Assembly (NCBI GenBank): GCA_963921275.4
Contig: OZ001293.3
Span: 32,001 to 96,000 of the forward strand
Origin: an uncultured Hormoscilla sp.
GTDB taxonomy: Bacteria > Cyanobacteriota > Cyanobacteriia > Cyanobacteriales > Desertifilaceae
Length of the DNA stretch: 64,000 nt
Direction: 5' to 3'
Shown here: positions 1 to 12,122 of the stretch, piece after piece
How positions within the stretch are numbered: position 1 is the stretch's first letter
How the letters are laid out: every line of letters starts with the position of its first letter
Program-made: the position numbers and the translations under genes
The notes under the pieces: model-generated
The model's input: only the letters and a program-made list of their open reading frames with translations
Databases searched by the model: none
What the model was told of the DNA's origin: nothing

Positions 1-383
1 TCGGATAGCTGTACGGCTGCACCTTACCGAAGCACGAACGAGGGCGATGGAAGCACGACTGCATATTTTAGTCGTCACCACACTGTTTAACAAAGCCAAG
101 AGGAACCTTGCTTGCGCAACCACGAACTTTGCCGCAGCAAAATTGCTTTTGGAGAAAGCAAAAATCAGACGTTAAGTTCCCCGATGGGTTCGGGGAACTA
201 AAAAAAGATGTCGGATGTCTGCAAAATTAAACCTGTGGGGCTCTCTGGGCATCAGCTCTTCCCCCCATCTGGCGGGCGATACAGCCTTGTCGCCCCAGAA
301 CCAGGACCTTTAAATTTTCCGCCCCGATGGGACGCGACCCCCACAGAAGTGAAATGGCAGTTACATGGAAATGGAGCAAGACT

Positions 384-1049
384 ATGACAGATTACATTCC
401 CAGAAATGATGCTGAGTTTAGCAATTGGCTTGCCAACTTTATCAGCTACATAGCTGCTCATCTGGACCAATTAAAATTGACCCCAGATGACTTAGCTGCA
501 TTACAGAGCAAGCAAACTGGCTGGACTACCGCCTATGCTGACCACCAAGCTGCCCAAACTGCGGCGGAAAGTGCTTGTCGCCATAAAGATGATTGTCGCA
601 AAGAAGCTGAGTCCCTACTCCGCCGCATCACTCAACAGCTACAATCTAATCCTATCCTCACCGATAGCCAACGATCGGCCTTGGGCATTACCATCCGACA
701 GGGACAAAGGACTAGAGTTGCCGTACCCACCACTCGACCCGTGGGGCGCGTTCAAAAGAGCGATCGCTTCCGCCACGTAATTCATTTCGTGGACGAAGAA
801 ACCCTCAACCGTCGGGCCAAACCGGAGGGAGTATTCGGTTGTGAAATTTGGGTCAAATTGGGAGACGCCCCGCCCATTGACCCGGACAAGGAGTTAAAGT
901 TCTTAGGAACTAATACATCCGCACCCTTCGAGGTCAGCTATCGGGGAGAGGATGCAGGCAAAACCGCTCATTACATGTTGCGCTGGGTGAATAAGCGGGG
1001 CAAAACCGGTCCTTGGAGTGCCACTGTCAGTGCCATTATTCAAGGATAA
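384..1049 (+). CDS. Hypothetical protein: helical N-terminal half plus fibronectin-III-like C-terminal domain
   Basis: ORF 327..1049; likely start MTDYIPRNDAEF at 384. The C-terminus (..YMLRWVNKRGKTGPWS..) resembles FN3-like ends. A decayed paralog lies at 23145-23290. Confidence 0.7.
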   Translation: MTDYIPRNDAEFSNWLANFISYIAAHLDQLKLTPDDLAALQSKQTGWTTAYADHQAAQTAAESACRHKDDCRKEAESLLRRITQQLQSNPILTDSQRSALGITIRQGQRTRVAVPTTRPVGRVQKSDRFRHVIHFVDEETLNRRAKPEGVFGCEIWVKLGDAPPIDPDKELKFLGTNTSAPFEVSYRGEDAGKTAHYMLRWVNKRGKTGPWSATVSAIIQG

Positions 1050-1294
1050 TTGCCTCAAGTAAAGGTTTATAGGGTTTCTAGGCTTTACAAGCAAAAGCAG
1101 CGGCGATCACATCATCAGAGTGCGATCGCCGTTGATGGAGATGAGTTAGGAGTAGAGTTGAGAGGGTTGACTTAGGAGAATAAGGGGAGGGAGCTTTTGA
1201 AAGAATATCCCATTACAAGTTTTACCACTTGTAGTCTATTCAGTGGGGCTTTCCTTTCGCTTTTTTCCCTTGCTCCTTACTTGTTTTTTCCCCT

Positions 1295-1645
1295 CTACTG
1301 CTCATCTGTATAATTCACGGAAGCTCCCTCCCGCCCCGCTAGCGTGCCCGTGCATGTGACATTCTGTCCATTCAGGAAATACTCATACACATTATCGTCA
1401 TTCAATGGAATGACAGTGTTATATGTTTGTGAGCCATTCACTTCTGTACAATTTACTGTCACTACAACATTTGTTCCACTTACTTTCTGGAAGTGGAAAT
1501 GATTATATGCCTGAGCGTCAAAGAGTGTCGGACCCGACTGCTGGCATTTTATCATTCCAGACTCTCCCGCCGCATACGCAGTATTCATGCCGACAAAAAA
1601 TGTCGATTTCCTTGTTTCTTTTTTACATGGCTTTTGGTTCACCAC
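1295..1645 (-). CDS. Small hypothetical protein, beta-rich with Cys residues, possibly a secreted-protein fragment
   Basis: 116-aa ORF; ..AYAAGES looks like a signal-peptide end; the 5' part is uncertain. Confidence 0.4.
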   Translation of the reverse strand: MVNQKPCKKETRKSTFFVGMNTAYAAGESGMIKCQQSGPTLFDAQAYNHFHFQKVSGTNVVVTVNCTEVNGSQTYNTVIPLNDDNVYEYFLNGQNVTCTGTLAGREGASVNYTDEQ

Positions 1646-1786
1646 TGTTTATTTGACGCTCTTCCTTCACTTTTTCTGACTTCTTTATTTTGGTAATTTT
1701 GTTTCGCTTACCGTCACCGTAGAGACCTTTCGCAGTATAACCGCTGACTACTATCCTCTGACTACTATCCTCTGACAAAATTTACT

Positions 1787-2758
1787 ATGTCATACGATCG
1801 CGAAAAACAAGTTGCCATCTCCGCAGCAATAGTAGCTGCAAAACTCTGCCAGCAAGTGCGCCGGGATATTCCCGATTTTTTCGGAACGGTAGCGATGGAA
1901 AAGAAGGACAAAAGTCCTGTCACTGTAGCTGATTATGGCTCCCAAGCAGTAATCTGTAAAGCCCTAGGAGAGGCGTTTCCCCATGACCCAGTCGTGGGTG
2001 AAGAAGATGCTACGGAACTGCGGCAACCGGAAATGGTATACACCTCGTACTCGGTCGCAAACTACGTGCAGGAATTGATACCCGATGCTACCCCAGAAAA
2101 AATCTCAGCCTGGATCGATCGCGGCAATGGCACGGTTTCCCCCCGCTATTGGACCTTGGACCCGATCGATGGTACAAAAGGTTTTCTGCGTCAAGACCAA
2201 TATGCAGTCGCGATCGCCCTCGTAGAAGATGGCCAGGTGAAGGTGGGAGTCATGGCCTGTCCGGCCCTGCCCGGGTCGGGCCCAGAACCCGGGATGCTAT
2301 TCGCAGCAGTGCGCGGCCAGGGGGCGACGATGATGCCCCTTGCTGGCGGCCAAGAACAAAAAATTCGCGTTGTCCAGGCGGACGATCTGGCAAATTTACG
2401 CTTTGTCGAAAGTGTAGAATCAGCCCATGGAGACCAGTCCCGACAAAATCGGGTCGCCCAGACCGCAGGCATTACCCAGCCTTCTGTGCGGGTTGACTCC
2501 CAGGCTAAGTATGGTATAGTTGCGTCCGGACAAGCTGCCCTCTATCTGCGCCTGCCCTCCCCCAAGCATCCCGACTACCGGGAGAATATTTGGGACCATG
2601 CCGCTGGCGCGATCGTGGTCGAAGAAGCGGGTGGCCGCGTCACAGATATGCTTGGGTTACCCCTAAATTTTGCTGATGGAGTCAAGATGATGCATAACCG
2701 GGGCGTGGTGGTCAGCAATGGCACGATTCACGATCGGGTGTTGGCAGCCTTGCAATAG
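1787..2758 (+). CDS. 3'(2'),5'-bisphosphate nucleotidase (HAL2/CysQ-like, inositol monophosphatase family)
   Basis: Motifs DKSPVTVAD, GEE, WTLDPIDGTKGF and IWDHAAG; carries an in-frame 18-bp repeat insertion (DFFGTV). Confidence 0.92.
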   Translation: MSYDREKQVAISAAIVAAKLCQQVRRDIPDFFGTVAMEKKDKSPVTVADYGSQAVICKALGEAFPHDPVVGEEDATELRQPEMVYTSYSVANYVQELIPDATPEKISAWIDRGNGTVSPRYWTLDPIDGTKGFLRQDQYAVAIALVEDGQVKVGVMACPALPGSGPEPGMLFAAVRGQGATMMPLAGGQEQKIRVVQADDLANLRFVESVESAHGDQSRQNRVAQTAGITQPSVRVDSQAKYGIVASGQAALYLRLPSPKHPDYRENIWDHAAGAIVVEEAGGRVTDMLGLPLNFADGVKMMHNRGVVVSNGTIHDRVLAALQ

Positions 2759-3661
2759 TAGCAGATATCCACAAGTCAACCGGTGACCGCATGTTGTCCT
2801 GAGTCTTGCCATGCCTGTTATCTTTGCATGCCCACCTCCGATGTGCTCTGCAGCGGGCGATCGCCCCCCCGGACCATCTCGGACAGAAACTCCCGTAAGC
2901 CCAGCAGAGATCGTCCCTGCCCACGAGGTGGTCACGCTGCCCGATGGCCAGGTACAGTTAGTAGCTTATCTTACTCCAGGTACAACCCCAAGAGATGATT
3001 TTCGGAAAATAACCCGCTGCTATACCAGGAATTAAATTATTTGTCAACCGTAGTGATGGAGGTAGCAAAAAAACTTGTGCTTCGACTAGGGTGTTTGAGA
3101 AAGATTTGAGTCCCGAAAAGACATAAGCGTCCGCGAAAAATCTATCCTTTCAGGCGATGGCAGGGTTTCAAGCATAAATACACAGATTTATGGCAATGAT
3201 ATCACTGTATCCAGTCTATACCAAATCGCTGAAATAACGCAAGTAGGCGTGAGAAAAAGAAAGATTAGCAATAAGATCGGAGAAGAAAAGAGGAAAAGAT
3301 TAGAATATTAAAAGGAGAAGGCAATTGGGTAAAAGTTGTACTTATATGTAAGAGAGGAGATAGGTGAGTAATGGCGCGAAAGGGAAAGGGGGAGAGATGT
3401 TGACAAAAAAGAGATATGCTGTCGCCCATTTAAATTGCATAAAGAGAAAAGCTGAAAGCCAAGTCCAAAATGGGTTTAGCAATTTTGAATAAGAAAGAAA
3501 TAATTTTGAATTGCTTATGATGTGAGAGTAGAAAAAAGATGCTCTGCCATTGCGATCGATATCTAGAACCAGAGGTGCTTCACCATTATTAGCAAGCTTT
3601 AGATCCAAAGGTGCGATCGCCACCGTTCGTAGTAAACACTTTAGTGTTTGCCCGGAATAGA

Positions 3662-4161
3662 TTAGGGCACGGCCATGCCCCGCTGCACCGCCGGACGCTG
3701 CTGAACCGCTTCCATCCAGCGTTTCAAATTTCGATGATTATCCAGAGTTAAACCCACAAACTCATAGACAGCAACCCAAGGATAAATCGCAATATCCGCG
3801 CGATGCCTGATTTTTCCGGAACGGTGGGGTTTTTGCCATGCATCCCTCAGGCATCGATCGAATAATCCCCGCCGCAGACAAACTCATGTCCAGATAACTG
3901 CGTATCCAAGACAGCATAGAGTCGCAGAGTCTCCTTTTCATAGCGGGCGATCGCATAAGGAATCTGTTCAGTTGCAAAGCGCTTAAAATGACTAAGCTGA
4001 CCAAACATTGGGCCCACACCTCCCATCTGCAACATCAACCATTCTATCACATGAAAGCGACTTTTTTGGTCAGTGGTGAGTAATTTTCCCGTTTTTTCCG
4101 CCAGATAGATCCCGATCGCACCCGACTCAAACACAGTTATCCCCGTATCCCGGTCGATTAT
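3662..4161 (-). pseudogene. Glutathione S-transferase (YfcG-like), 5'-truncated and interrupted by a nested repeat at 3801-3856
   Basis: ITVFESGAI..QMGGVGPMFGQ..YSI|ADIAIYPWV..RPAVQRGMAVP* is recovered when the insertion is removed. Confidence 0.85.
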
Positions 4162-4635
4162 CGGTAATGATGGCGAATTGAGCGCTATTCTGAACCGTCA
4201 GATGCAGTAATAACTGGACAAGGATTCAGCGATCGCCCCCAGCTGGGGGGCGGTTGGAAACTCCCGCCCGTGAGTCAGGAATTTTCTGGCTGCTTTGCTT
4301 AGGGTTATGGCCCTAACGTGATTTGTTGTGAACATGACATTTGTTCTCTCTAATCCCAAGCCTGCCCGTTTCTGCCTTGGGGATTTTTCCAGATATGCAA
4401 AATCCCTCCAGAAAAGGATTAACAGATGCACCCTGATGCTTTCCCTTAGCGCCACCGCCTGCTAGAGGATTTTTTTGCCAAATTGATTTACCCTTGAGAC
4501 AGATTAAACTGCAAGCAGCTTGAAGAACTCTCACTCGTTAAGCTGTTATGCATTATATTTTCATCAAGAGAAAAGCCCAGAGCAATGTTCATAAATTGCT
4601 TTGGCAATTGGGAATGAGAGAATTTTGAATCGCTT

Positions 4636-6640
4636 ATGACCGATTTTTCCGAAACGGTAGAACCGCCCGACCCGAAAAACAACCAGACCCTTGACCAGTT
4701 AATGATGCACCGGTGTATCGAACTCGCTCATCGGGCTTGGGGACGGACAGCTCCCAATCCCTTGGTGGGTTGTGTAATATGTAAAGATGGTCAGATAATC
4801 TCAGAAGGCTTTCATCCCCAGGCAGGGGAACCCCATGCCGAAGTGTTTGCCTTACGGGATGCTGGAGAACATGCCCGGGAGGCAACAGTCTATGTGAACC
4901 TGGAACCTTGCAATCACTACGGACGCACGCCTCCCTGTACGGAAGCTTTGATTGCTGCTGGAGTCAGTAAAGTGGTAGTGGGCATGGTTGACCCCGATCG
5001 CCGAGTATCTGGAACCGGCATAGAAAGGTTACGTGCCGCTGGCATTCAGGTCCTAGTGGGTGTAGAAGAGGATGCTTGCCAGCAGCTGAATGAGGCATTT
5101 ATCCATCGGATTCTTTACCAGCGTCCCTTTGGGATTCTAAAATATGCCATGACCCTGGACGGCAAGATTGCGACAACCCAGGGTCACAGTACCTGGGTGA
5201 CAGGGGCGGAAGCGAGAAAATGGGTGCATCGGTTGCGATCGGCTAGCGATGCGGTTATAGTTGGCGGCAATACGGTGCGTCAGGATAACCCCCAACTGAC
5301 AACCCATGGGGTGAGCGATCGCAATCCTTTGCGGGTAGTAATGTCTCGGCAGCTGGACTTGCCCGCAGCACCGCAGCTGTGGGATACGGCAGTAGCTCCG
5401 ACTGTAGTCTTTACTACATTAGGGGCCAATCGGGATATGCAGCAGAAGCTACAAAAACAGGGAGTCGAAGTTGTAGAACTTTCCGATCTCAGCCCAACTC
5501 AGGTAATGGCCCATCTCTATGAACGGAATTTCCTCTCAGTTTTGTGGGAATGTGGGGGTGCCCTGGCCGCCCAGGCGATCACGGACGGTGCAGTGCAAAA
5601 GATTGCCGCCTTCATCGCCCCGAAAATCATTGGCGGCACAGGGGCCCCCTCGCCAGTAGGAGATTTGGGGTTCACGGCCATGACTCAAGCTTTACCCTTA
5701 AGGAGACTGTGCGATTCGTTCTAGCCTAACGTGCTCAAACACGGAACGCTAGCCCGGTTTCATTAGCCGGGAACTCTGACCGCATGGGGGTTAAATTCCC
5801 CTCCCCCCAGGTACGGGGGTGACACCGGTCCTCGGTGCTACGAAGCGACATCATCGTGGTGCTAAGCGAGGACTCAAATGTAGGATAACTGGCAGCCTAA
5901 GCCGGTGACGCCGCTAGGAAAGATATCCAAGGTTAGAGCAGGCAAACATGTGCAAGCCTCGTTATAAGGAACCAGCGAAATAAGGCTATATGCGCTGGCC
6001 TAAAAAGGAAATGGTAGCTAGTATTAGTTTTAGACTCTGGCTAATATAGTACTCAAATAGCTCCCGGGGTATAGTGTGGACCTAAAGGTATCGCGAAATG
6101 TTGTTAGGGAACGAAGTAACCTCTCGTGTGCTGTCCATCAGGACAAGTTAGATGTTAAGCGCAAGCCACGGGGGGAGGGATGGCCCAAGAAGCGAATGCC
6201 CGGGGTAATTCCTGGGATAACATCTACAGTAATGTAGATGATGCTGGGTAGCCAGCGCTGACGTGGGTCGGTGATACTAGGAAGCTGCTGGAATGGGTAA
6301 TCCTAAAAAGCCACGGAACTAATCCGAAACGCAAGTGGAGGATAAGGTATGGATAACTGGTAAAACTGACTTGAAAATGGTGATACTAACGGTTATCAGA
6401 ACAACCACTCGCTAAACCAGGAAAGGGAAGAAAAGACAGGCGGCAAGGGCTAACGGAAGTAATTCCTATTAAGTCTACCTATGAAAAGGGCCTAGTACCC
6501 AGTAGCCGGATGCGGTGAAAATCGCAAGTCCGGTTCCGAAAGGGAGGGTCGGGAAGCGATTCCCGGCTCGACCCCATCCGCAACTCACCCAGCTAGGGAA
6601 CGATTTTTTGCTTACAGGCTACTTACAATTAAAACAATGA
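4636..6640 (+). CDS. ribD: RibD deaminase/reductase, split by a sense-orientation group II intron (exons 4636-5708 and 6580-6640)
   Basis: Motifs HAE and NLEPCNHYGRTPPC plus a reductase domain. Splicing gives ..ALPLRR-L-QLTQLGNDFLLTGYLQLKQ*, a normal RibD C-terminus. Confidence 0.92.
5709..6579 (+). ncRNA. ORF-less group II intron, family A copy 1 (871 nt)
   Basis: 5' GTGCG; D5 AGCCGGATGCGGTGAAAATCGCAAGTCCGGTT; D6 hairpin with bulged A; EBS1 AGACTC in a stem-loop (6032-6037); ends ACCCCATCC. Confidence 0.95.
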
Positions 6641-6661
6641 AGAAAGACTAACAACAGTTTT

Positions 6662-7363
6662 ATGCTTGAATTCGTGGTATACAGCTTATTTATCGGTAGC
6701 CTGGGTCTAGAAGCTCTGTTAACTAGCAACTGGTTGTACAGGCGGCAACTATTACTTGCCAAGCAAAATCAGGTGGAGGAGGAAGAAGTTTTGAAGGAAT
6801 ATGAATCTAATATGGCCCAACAACCGCAGCCGCAAGTCAACGGCTCCGCCAAGAAGGCCCATTATACTGCTCCCCAAACCGGAGACTGGGAATATAAGAT
6901 TGTCCGCGCCAGCAGCGACCTATTTCGAGACCCCAAGGTTTTTCACAAGTTATGTCTAGAAGAGGCAAGGGCGGGCTGGGTATTGCTAGAAAAACTCGAT
7001 AATCAGCGGGTACGCTTTCAGCGGCCTCGGGCATCCTGTCAGGCGATCGCACCTGGACCTCGACCTATCGATCCTTATCGCTGCCACTACGGCCCGAGTA
7101 TGAAACTGCCCAAATGGGTAGGCCCGATCGCCATAGCGACTTGTATAATTATTCCCGCCTACGTGGGTTACAGTATCATGTTAGGGATCATAGAATCGCG
7201 CAGGCAGCCCAGCATCCCATCTGGCGATACACCCCAGTCTCTTCCGGAAGCACCACCCACGGTTAAAGGCAGTCCCCAGTCGGACAGGAGCTTGGTGACT
7301 GGTGCTGATGGAAGACCAGGCAGGGTTTCACCTAGTCTGTACGATGTCCTCCCGGAGCGCTAA
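6662..7363 (+). CDS. Conserved cyanobacterial hypothetical membrane protein
   Basis: 233-aa ORF with WEYKIVRA..GWVLLEKLD motifs and two hydrophobic segments. Confidence 0.75.
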   Translation: MLEFVVYSLFIGSLGLEALLTSNWLYRRQLLLAKQNQVEEEEVLKEYESNMAQQPQPQVNGSAKKAHYTAPQTGDWEYKIVRASSDLFRDPKVFHKLCLEEARAGWVLLEKLDNQRVRFQRPRASCQAIAPGPRPIDPYRCHYGPSMKLPKWVGPIAIATCIIIPAYVGYSIMLGIIESRRQPSIPSGDTPQSLPEAPPTVKGSPQSDRSLVTGADGRPGRVSPSLYDVLPER

Positions 7364-7389
7364 TCGCACAAAAGGGAGGACATCGCCGA

Positions 7390-8172
7390 TCAATCAAGAA
7401 TTTGGGACAAGAACTTCTGGGTGCGCTCCTCCTTGGGGTTGTTGAAAAATTCATCTGGCGTCCTATCTTCTACTAACAGACCATCCGCCATCAGCACGAT
7501 CCGATCGGCCACTTCCCGAGCAAACCCTACTTCATGGGTGACGACTACCATTGTCATCCCTGAAGTGGCCAGGGTGCGCATTACGTCCAATACTTCCCGC
7601 ACCATCTCTGGGTCCAGTGCTGAGGTGGGTTCGTCAAATAGCATGATCTTCGGTTCCATTGCTAAGGCCCGGGCGATCGCCACCCGTTGCTGCTGACCCC
7701 CCGACAGTTGACCCGGATACTTCTGCGCCTGCTCCAGGATCCCAACCCTTTCCAACAGCTGCATGGCCTTCTCTTCGGCATTGGCCTGGGGCCAGCGACG
7801 CACCCAGATCGGAGCCAAGGTGACATTTTGCAGGATCGTCAGATGCGGAAACAGGTTAAACTGCTGAAACACCATCCCTACTTCCCGCCTAATCTCTTCT
7901 ATATTCTTCAGGTCGTGGGATAGGTTAATCCCATCTATGACTATAGAACCCTTCTGGAATTCCTCCAAAGCATTAAAGGTGCGGATAAAGGTCGATTTCC
8001 CAGAACCACTCGGTCCCATGATTACTACTACTTCCCCCCGCCGCACCGATAAACTGACACCCCTCAGGGCGTGAAATTTATTACTGTACCATTTGTGAAC
8101 ATCAGTGGCGACGATCGCCTCGAATGAGTCATTCTGTAATTTTGTCTGTAATTGCTTTGTTGGTTGTGTCAT
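7390..8172 (-). CDS. Polar amino acid ABC transporter ATP-binding protein (AapP/GlnQ-like)
   Basis: Walker [10 protein letters not shown], signature LSGGQQQR, Walker B region [10 protein letters not shown]. Confidence 0.93.
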   Translation of the reverse strand: MTQPTKQLQTKLQNDSFEAIVATDVHKWYSNKFHALRGVSLSVRRGEVVVIMGPSGSGKSTFIRTFNALEEFQKGSIVIDGINLSHDLKNIEEIRREVGMVFQQFNLFPHLTILQNVTLAPIWVRRWPQANAEEKAMQLLERVGILEQAQKYPGQLSGGQQQRVAIARALAMEPKIMLFDEPTSALDPEMVREVLDVMRTLATSGMTMVVVTHEVGFAREVADRIVLMADGLLVEDRTPDEFFNNPKEERTQKFLSQILD

Positions 8173-8641
8173 TTTCCTGTTATACTACTTAGGGTGAGGG
8201 TTGCTTAGCATCATATTTGAGAATTGAGCAATTGTTAATTGACTACTGACTACGCAACGTTGCACAACGACGGTATGATAAGGGTTGAAAATTGTTAATT
8301 GTAAATAGTAAATTAAAATTTTCATAAATAGCCATATATTATGTATGAACGAACAATTTTCAACCTCTTAATTGCTATCATCCCAAAAATGTGCAACGCC
8401 CGCAACAATAGTTAATCATAGCCATCTAAATTACGCTTTTGTTCTTGAAAACGTTGTATCCGCGCCTGAATGTCCGTGACTGTGTTCCGAATTTCTCTCC
8501 CAGTTTTTTATGTCGAATAAGATGCCATTTTGGATAATTTCACTAATAGCTGCTGTCATGGTCGATTGTTAATTTAGGTTGAATTTTGCTGATCATGGTA
8601 GCATTTAATGGTAGGGTTTCGTACCTCAACCCTACCTACAA

Positions 8642-9856
8642 CTAGCGATCGCCTGTATTGAGTTGTTTTTCTAAGCGGCGACTAGCCAGAGACATAGCAT
8701 AGCAAAAACACCAGTAAAGTATCCCTACGAATAAGTATACCTCGGCATAGCGCCCCAAAAACTTGGGATTGGCTAAAACTGAGTTACTGATGCCCAGCAA
8801 TTCTACCAGTCCTACCAGGGCTAGCAATGTTGTATCTTGAAACAAACCGATGAACTGACCCACGATCGCGGGAATGACCGCTTTGAGGGCCTGGAGTAAG
8901 ACAATCAGTCCTAAGACCAAGGGTGTATTTAATCCTAAAGCTTTCGCCGCTTCTGTTTGACCTCTAGGAACTGATTGTAGTCCCGCCCGGACATTTTCCG
9001 CCAGATAAGCTGAACTGAACATCGTCAGACCAACGATCGCCCTTAGTACCCGATCCGGTCGCATACCCTCTGGCAGGAACAATGGGATCATAATTTGTCC
9101 CATAAACAGAATTGAGATCAGGGGTACTGCCCGGACGAATTCAATATATAGAACGGAAAACCCGCGCACTACTGGCAGGGTACTTTGTCTTCCTAATGCT
9201 AGCAGAACGCCAATGGGAAAGGACAATACTATGCTGGTCACTGCCATGAAAACAGTCAGAATCAGACCCCCCCATTTACTGGTGGATACCTCTTTTAATC
9301 CCAAACCTCCAGCTATCAACCACAGGACAATAAAGAATGCCCCAAACCAGGCCAATGATAGCCAACAACCCGGTATCTTTTTCCCTACTTGCTGACCTCC
9401 CCAAGCAGTTCCGACTAAGACCCCCACCATTAACAGCAGTAACAGGCGATAAATAATTGGGACTGGCACTAGCATTAATGCCCCAGAAGTTACCCCGACA
9501 GCAATTAATATTTTCCCACCGAACAGTTTCCGGCTTTTTCTTGCCAATACTCCCCAAGACAGTCCTGATAACAGGACTGCGATCGCCAAGATCGCCCAGA
9601 TGCGCCAATAGTCATCCTGAGGATATCTACCCACAAAAAATAAGGCCAGGTTGGCTTGCAGTACCCGCCACTGGGCGATCGTCGTAGCCCAAACCAGAAA
9701 TCCTTTGATAGTTTGGAAGAATATGCCGCAGAGTATTACTGTCAGCAGACCGTTGTACCAGGTACTAAATAGGTTTTTCTGTATCCACTTTACCGGATCT
9801 ACCTTGAGTTCTGGTGGCGCTTCTATATTAGTATTTTTGGGATTAATGGTTGTCAT
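8642..9856 (-). CDS. Amino acid ABC transporter permease (AapM/NatH-like)
   Basis: Multiple TM segments; AYLAENVRAGLQSVPRGQTEAAKALG EAA motif. Confidence 0.9.
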   Translation of the reverse strand: MTTINPKNTNIEAPPELKVDPVKWIQKNLFSTWYNGLLTVILCGIFFQTIKGFLVWATTIAQWRVLQANLALFFVGRYPQDDYWRIWAILAIAVLLSGLSWGVLARKSRKLFGGKILIAVGVTSGALMLVPVPIIYRLLLLLMVGVLVGTAWGGQQVGKKIPGCWLSLAWFGAFFIVLWLIAGGLGLKEVSTSKWGGLILTVFMAVTSIVLSFPIGVLLALGRQSTLPVVRGFSVLYIEFVRAVPLISILFMGQIMIPLFLPEGMRPDRVLRAIVGLTMFSSAYLAENVRAGLQSVPRGQTEAAKALGLNTPLVLGLIVLLQALKAVIPAIVGQFIGLFQDTTLLALVGLVELLGISNSVLANPKFLGRYAEVYLFVGILYWCFCYAMSLASRRLEKQLNTGDR

Positions 9857-10049
9857 ACTTCATCCGGTGTGGTCAAAACCAGTTGGTTGGTAAAGTAAAA
9901 AGCGTTCGGGGGGTCCTCTCGTGGGGGCCAGAAACCCGGTTTCTTCATCAACTCTCGCTTTTCCTCTCGTTCCCAGGTTCTAACTGGGAACGGTCTTCTG
10001 ATTTTTCTGAGGTTTGTAGTGAGGACTTCCGTCCTCACTACAAACCTCA

Positions 10050-10169
10050 GTTGCTCAAGAGCACCCCTGCTACCAGAATAAACACTAATACTGCTAGGAC
10101 TTGCAGTGCTATACGCCAGAACCGATCGTCTCGCCATAGAGGGATTTTATCATCTTTGTTCCTGGTCAT
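10050..10169 (-). pseudogene. N-terminal remnant of the second permease (AapQ/NatG-like); the rest is deleted
   Basis: Reads MTRNKDDKIPLWRDDRFWRIALQVLAVLVFILVAGVLLSN and then runs into a hairpin repeat at 10000-10050. Confidence 0.75.
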
Positions 10170-10186
10170 CTTGCTAATTGCTAACT

Positions 10187-12095
10187 TTAGTGGAAAGGAG
10201 GAGAATAAAGCAAACCTCCACGAGTCCGTGCGATTCGTTCTAGCCTAACGTGGTCAAACACGGAACGCTAGCCCGGTTTCATTAGCCGGGAACTCTGACC
10301 GCATGGGGGTTAAATTCCCCTCCCCCCAGGTACGGGGGTGACACCGGTCCTCGGTGCTACGAAGCGACATCATCGTGGTGCTAAGCGAGGACTCAAATGT
10401 AGGATAACTGGCAGCCTAAGCCGGTGACGCCGCTAGGAAAGATATCCAAGGTTAGAGCAGGCAAACATGTGCAAGCCTCGTTATAAGGAACCAGCGAAAT
10501 AAGGCTATATGCGCTGGCCTAAAAAGGAAATGGTAGCTAGTATTAGTTTTAGACTCTGGCTAATATAGTACTCAAATAGCTCCCGGGGTATAGTGTGGAC
10601 CTAAAGGTATCGCGAAATGTTGTTAGGGAACGAAGTAACCTCTCGTGTGCTGTCCATCAGGACAAGTTAGATGTTAAGCGCAAGCCACGGGGGGAGGGAT
10701 GGCCCAAGAAGCGAATGCCCGGGGTAATTCCTGGGATAACATCTACAGTAATGTAGATGATGCTGGGTAGCCAGCGCTGACGTGGGTCGGTGATACTAGG
10801 AAGCTGCTGGAATGAGTAATCCTAAAAAGCCACGGAACTAATCCGAAACGCAAGTGGAGGATAAGGTATGGATAACTGGTAAAACTGACTTGAAAATGGT
10901 GATACTAACGGTTATCAGAACAACCACTCGCTAAACCAGGAAAGGGAAGAAAAGACAGGCGGCAAGGGCTAACGGAAGTAATTCCTATTAAGTCTACCTA
11001 TGAAAAGGGCCTAGTACCCAGTAGCCGGATGCGGTGAAAATCGCAAGTCCGGTTCCTCAAGGGAGGGTCGGGAAGCGATTCCCGGCTCGACCCCATCCAG
11101 AGGTCATTTTGACCCCGAGGTAGTTTTAATTCTGAATTCTTCCCCAGGTTGCGATCGTATACTTGCCCGTAGTTTCCTACATGCTTGACTATTCTAGCAG
11201 TAAAATCATTACTCAAACCCAAACCCTCTCCTAAATTCCCTTCTACTCCCAAGAAACGCCCGATCGTCGGGTTATCCGATCTTTTCATCATCTCCACATT
11301 AGCACTTGTGATACCCAACTCCTCTGCTTCTATCAAACTGTAGGTCACCCATTTCACCACGTCAAACCAGGCCGAGTCATTATTAATTGTCGCTGGTCCC
11401 AGAGGTTCCTTGGACATAGTTACATCCAAAATTATATGATCTTGGGGATTGGGAAAGTTACTGCGGCGGGCTACTAATGCTGATTTATCTGCCGTCACTC
11501 CCTCACAGCGTCCTTCTAAGTATGCTGCAAAGGTAGCATCTGCCTGCTGATATGCGATCGGGGTAAAATTCACTCCTGCTTGGCGCATTTTATCGGTTAA
11601 ATTCAGTTCCGTGGTCGTCCCCGTCCCCACACAGATAGAAGTGCCTTGCATATCTGGCAAAGACCTGATGCCACTATCTTTGCGCACCATCATCCCCTGA
11701 CCGTCGTAGAAAGTCGTGGGGGCAAATTCCATGCCCACCAAACTATCGCGACCGAGAGTCCAGGTAGTATTGCGAGAGAGGACATCCACCTCGCCACCGT
11801 TGAGGGCCGTAAACCGTTCGCTAGCTTCCAGGTTGCGGTACTCTACTGCTTCTGGGTTGTCGAACAAGGCCGCCGCCACTGCCCGACAGACCTCCACATC
11901 TATACCAGAATATTTACCGTTTGAGTCTACAAAGCTAAATCCTGGTAAAGTGCCGCTGACGCCACAGATCAGCTTGCCCCGTTTCTTGACTATATCCAAG
12001 CGACTTTGCTTCTGCTCTCGCAACTCGCTACCACAACCCATTATTGGTGCAATAGCAAGTAGGGTGGCTAGTAGCAGAGGTTTCCATCTAGGCAT
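10187..12095 (-). pseudogene. Amino acid ABC substrate-binding lipoprotein (AapJ/NatF-like), paralog 1, disrupted by an antisense group II intron
   Basis: ..GQNDLW|TRGGLLYSPPFH* is restored by removing 10228-11098 and matches the adjacent paralog. Confidence 0.88.
10228..11098 (+). ncRNA. ORF-less group II intron, family A copy 2 (antisense to host gene)
   Basis: Nearly identical to 5709-6579; the empty site CGAGTCC|AGAGGTC is visible in the paralog at about 12157-12170. Confidence 0.95.
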
Positions 12096-12122
12096 CGGTT
12101 TTGTCCTTACTCTCTCATAGGA

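Noticed and set aside
2760..3620. Short ORFs with possible NRPS and transposase fragments
   Set aside because: Only faint motifs are present (QLVAYL; IS-like ends), too degraded to call.
11097..11098. Terminal CC as a target-site duplication
   Set aside because: Copies 1, 3 and 4 have 5' exons ending CT, TT and CA yet still carry CC, so it belongs to the intron.
10998..11098. Novel C-terminus of the binding protein (MGSSRESLPDPPLRNRTCDFHRIRL), also GWGRAGNRFPILP at 56449
   Set aside because: These are translations of the antisense strand of intron D5/D6.
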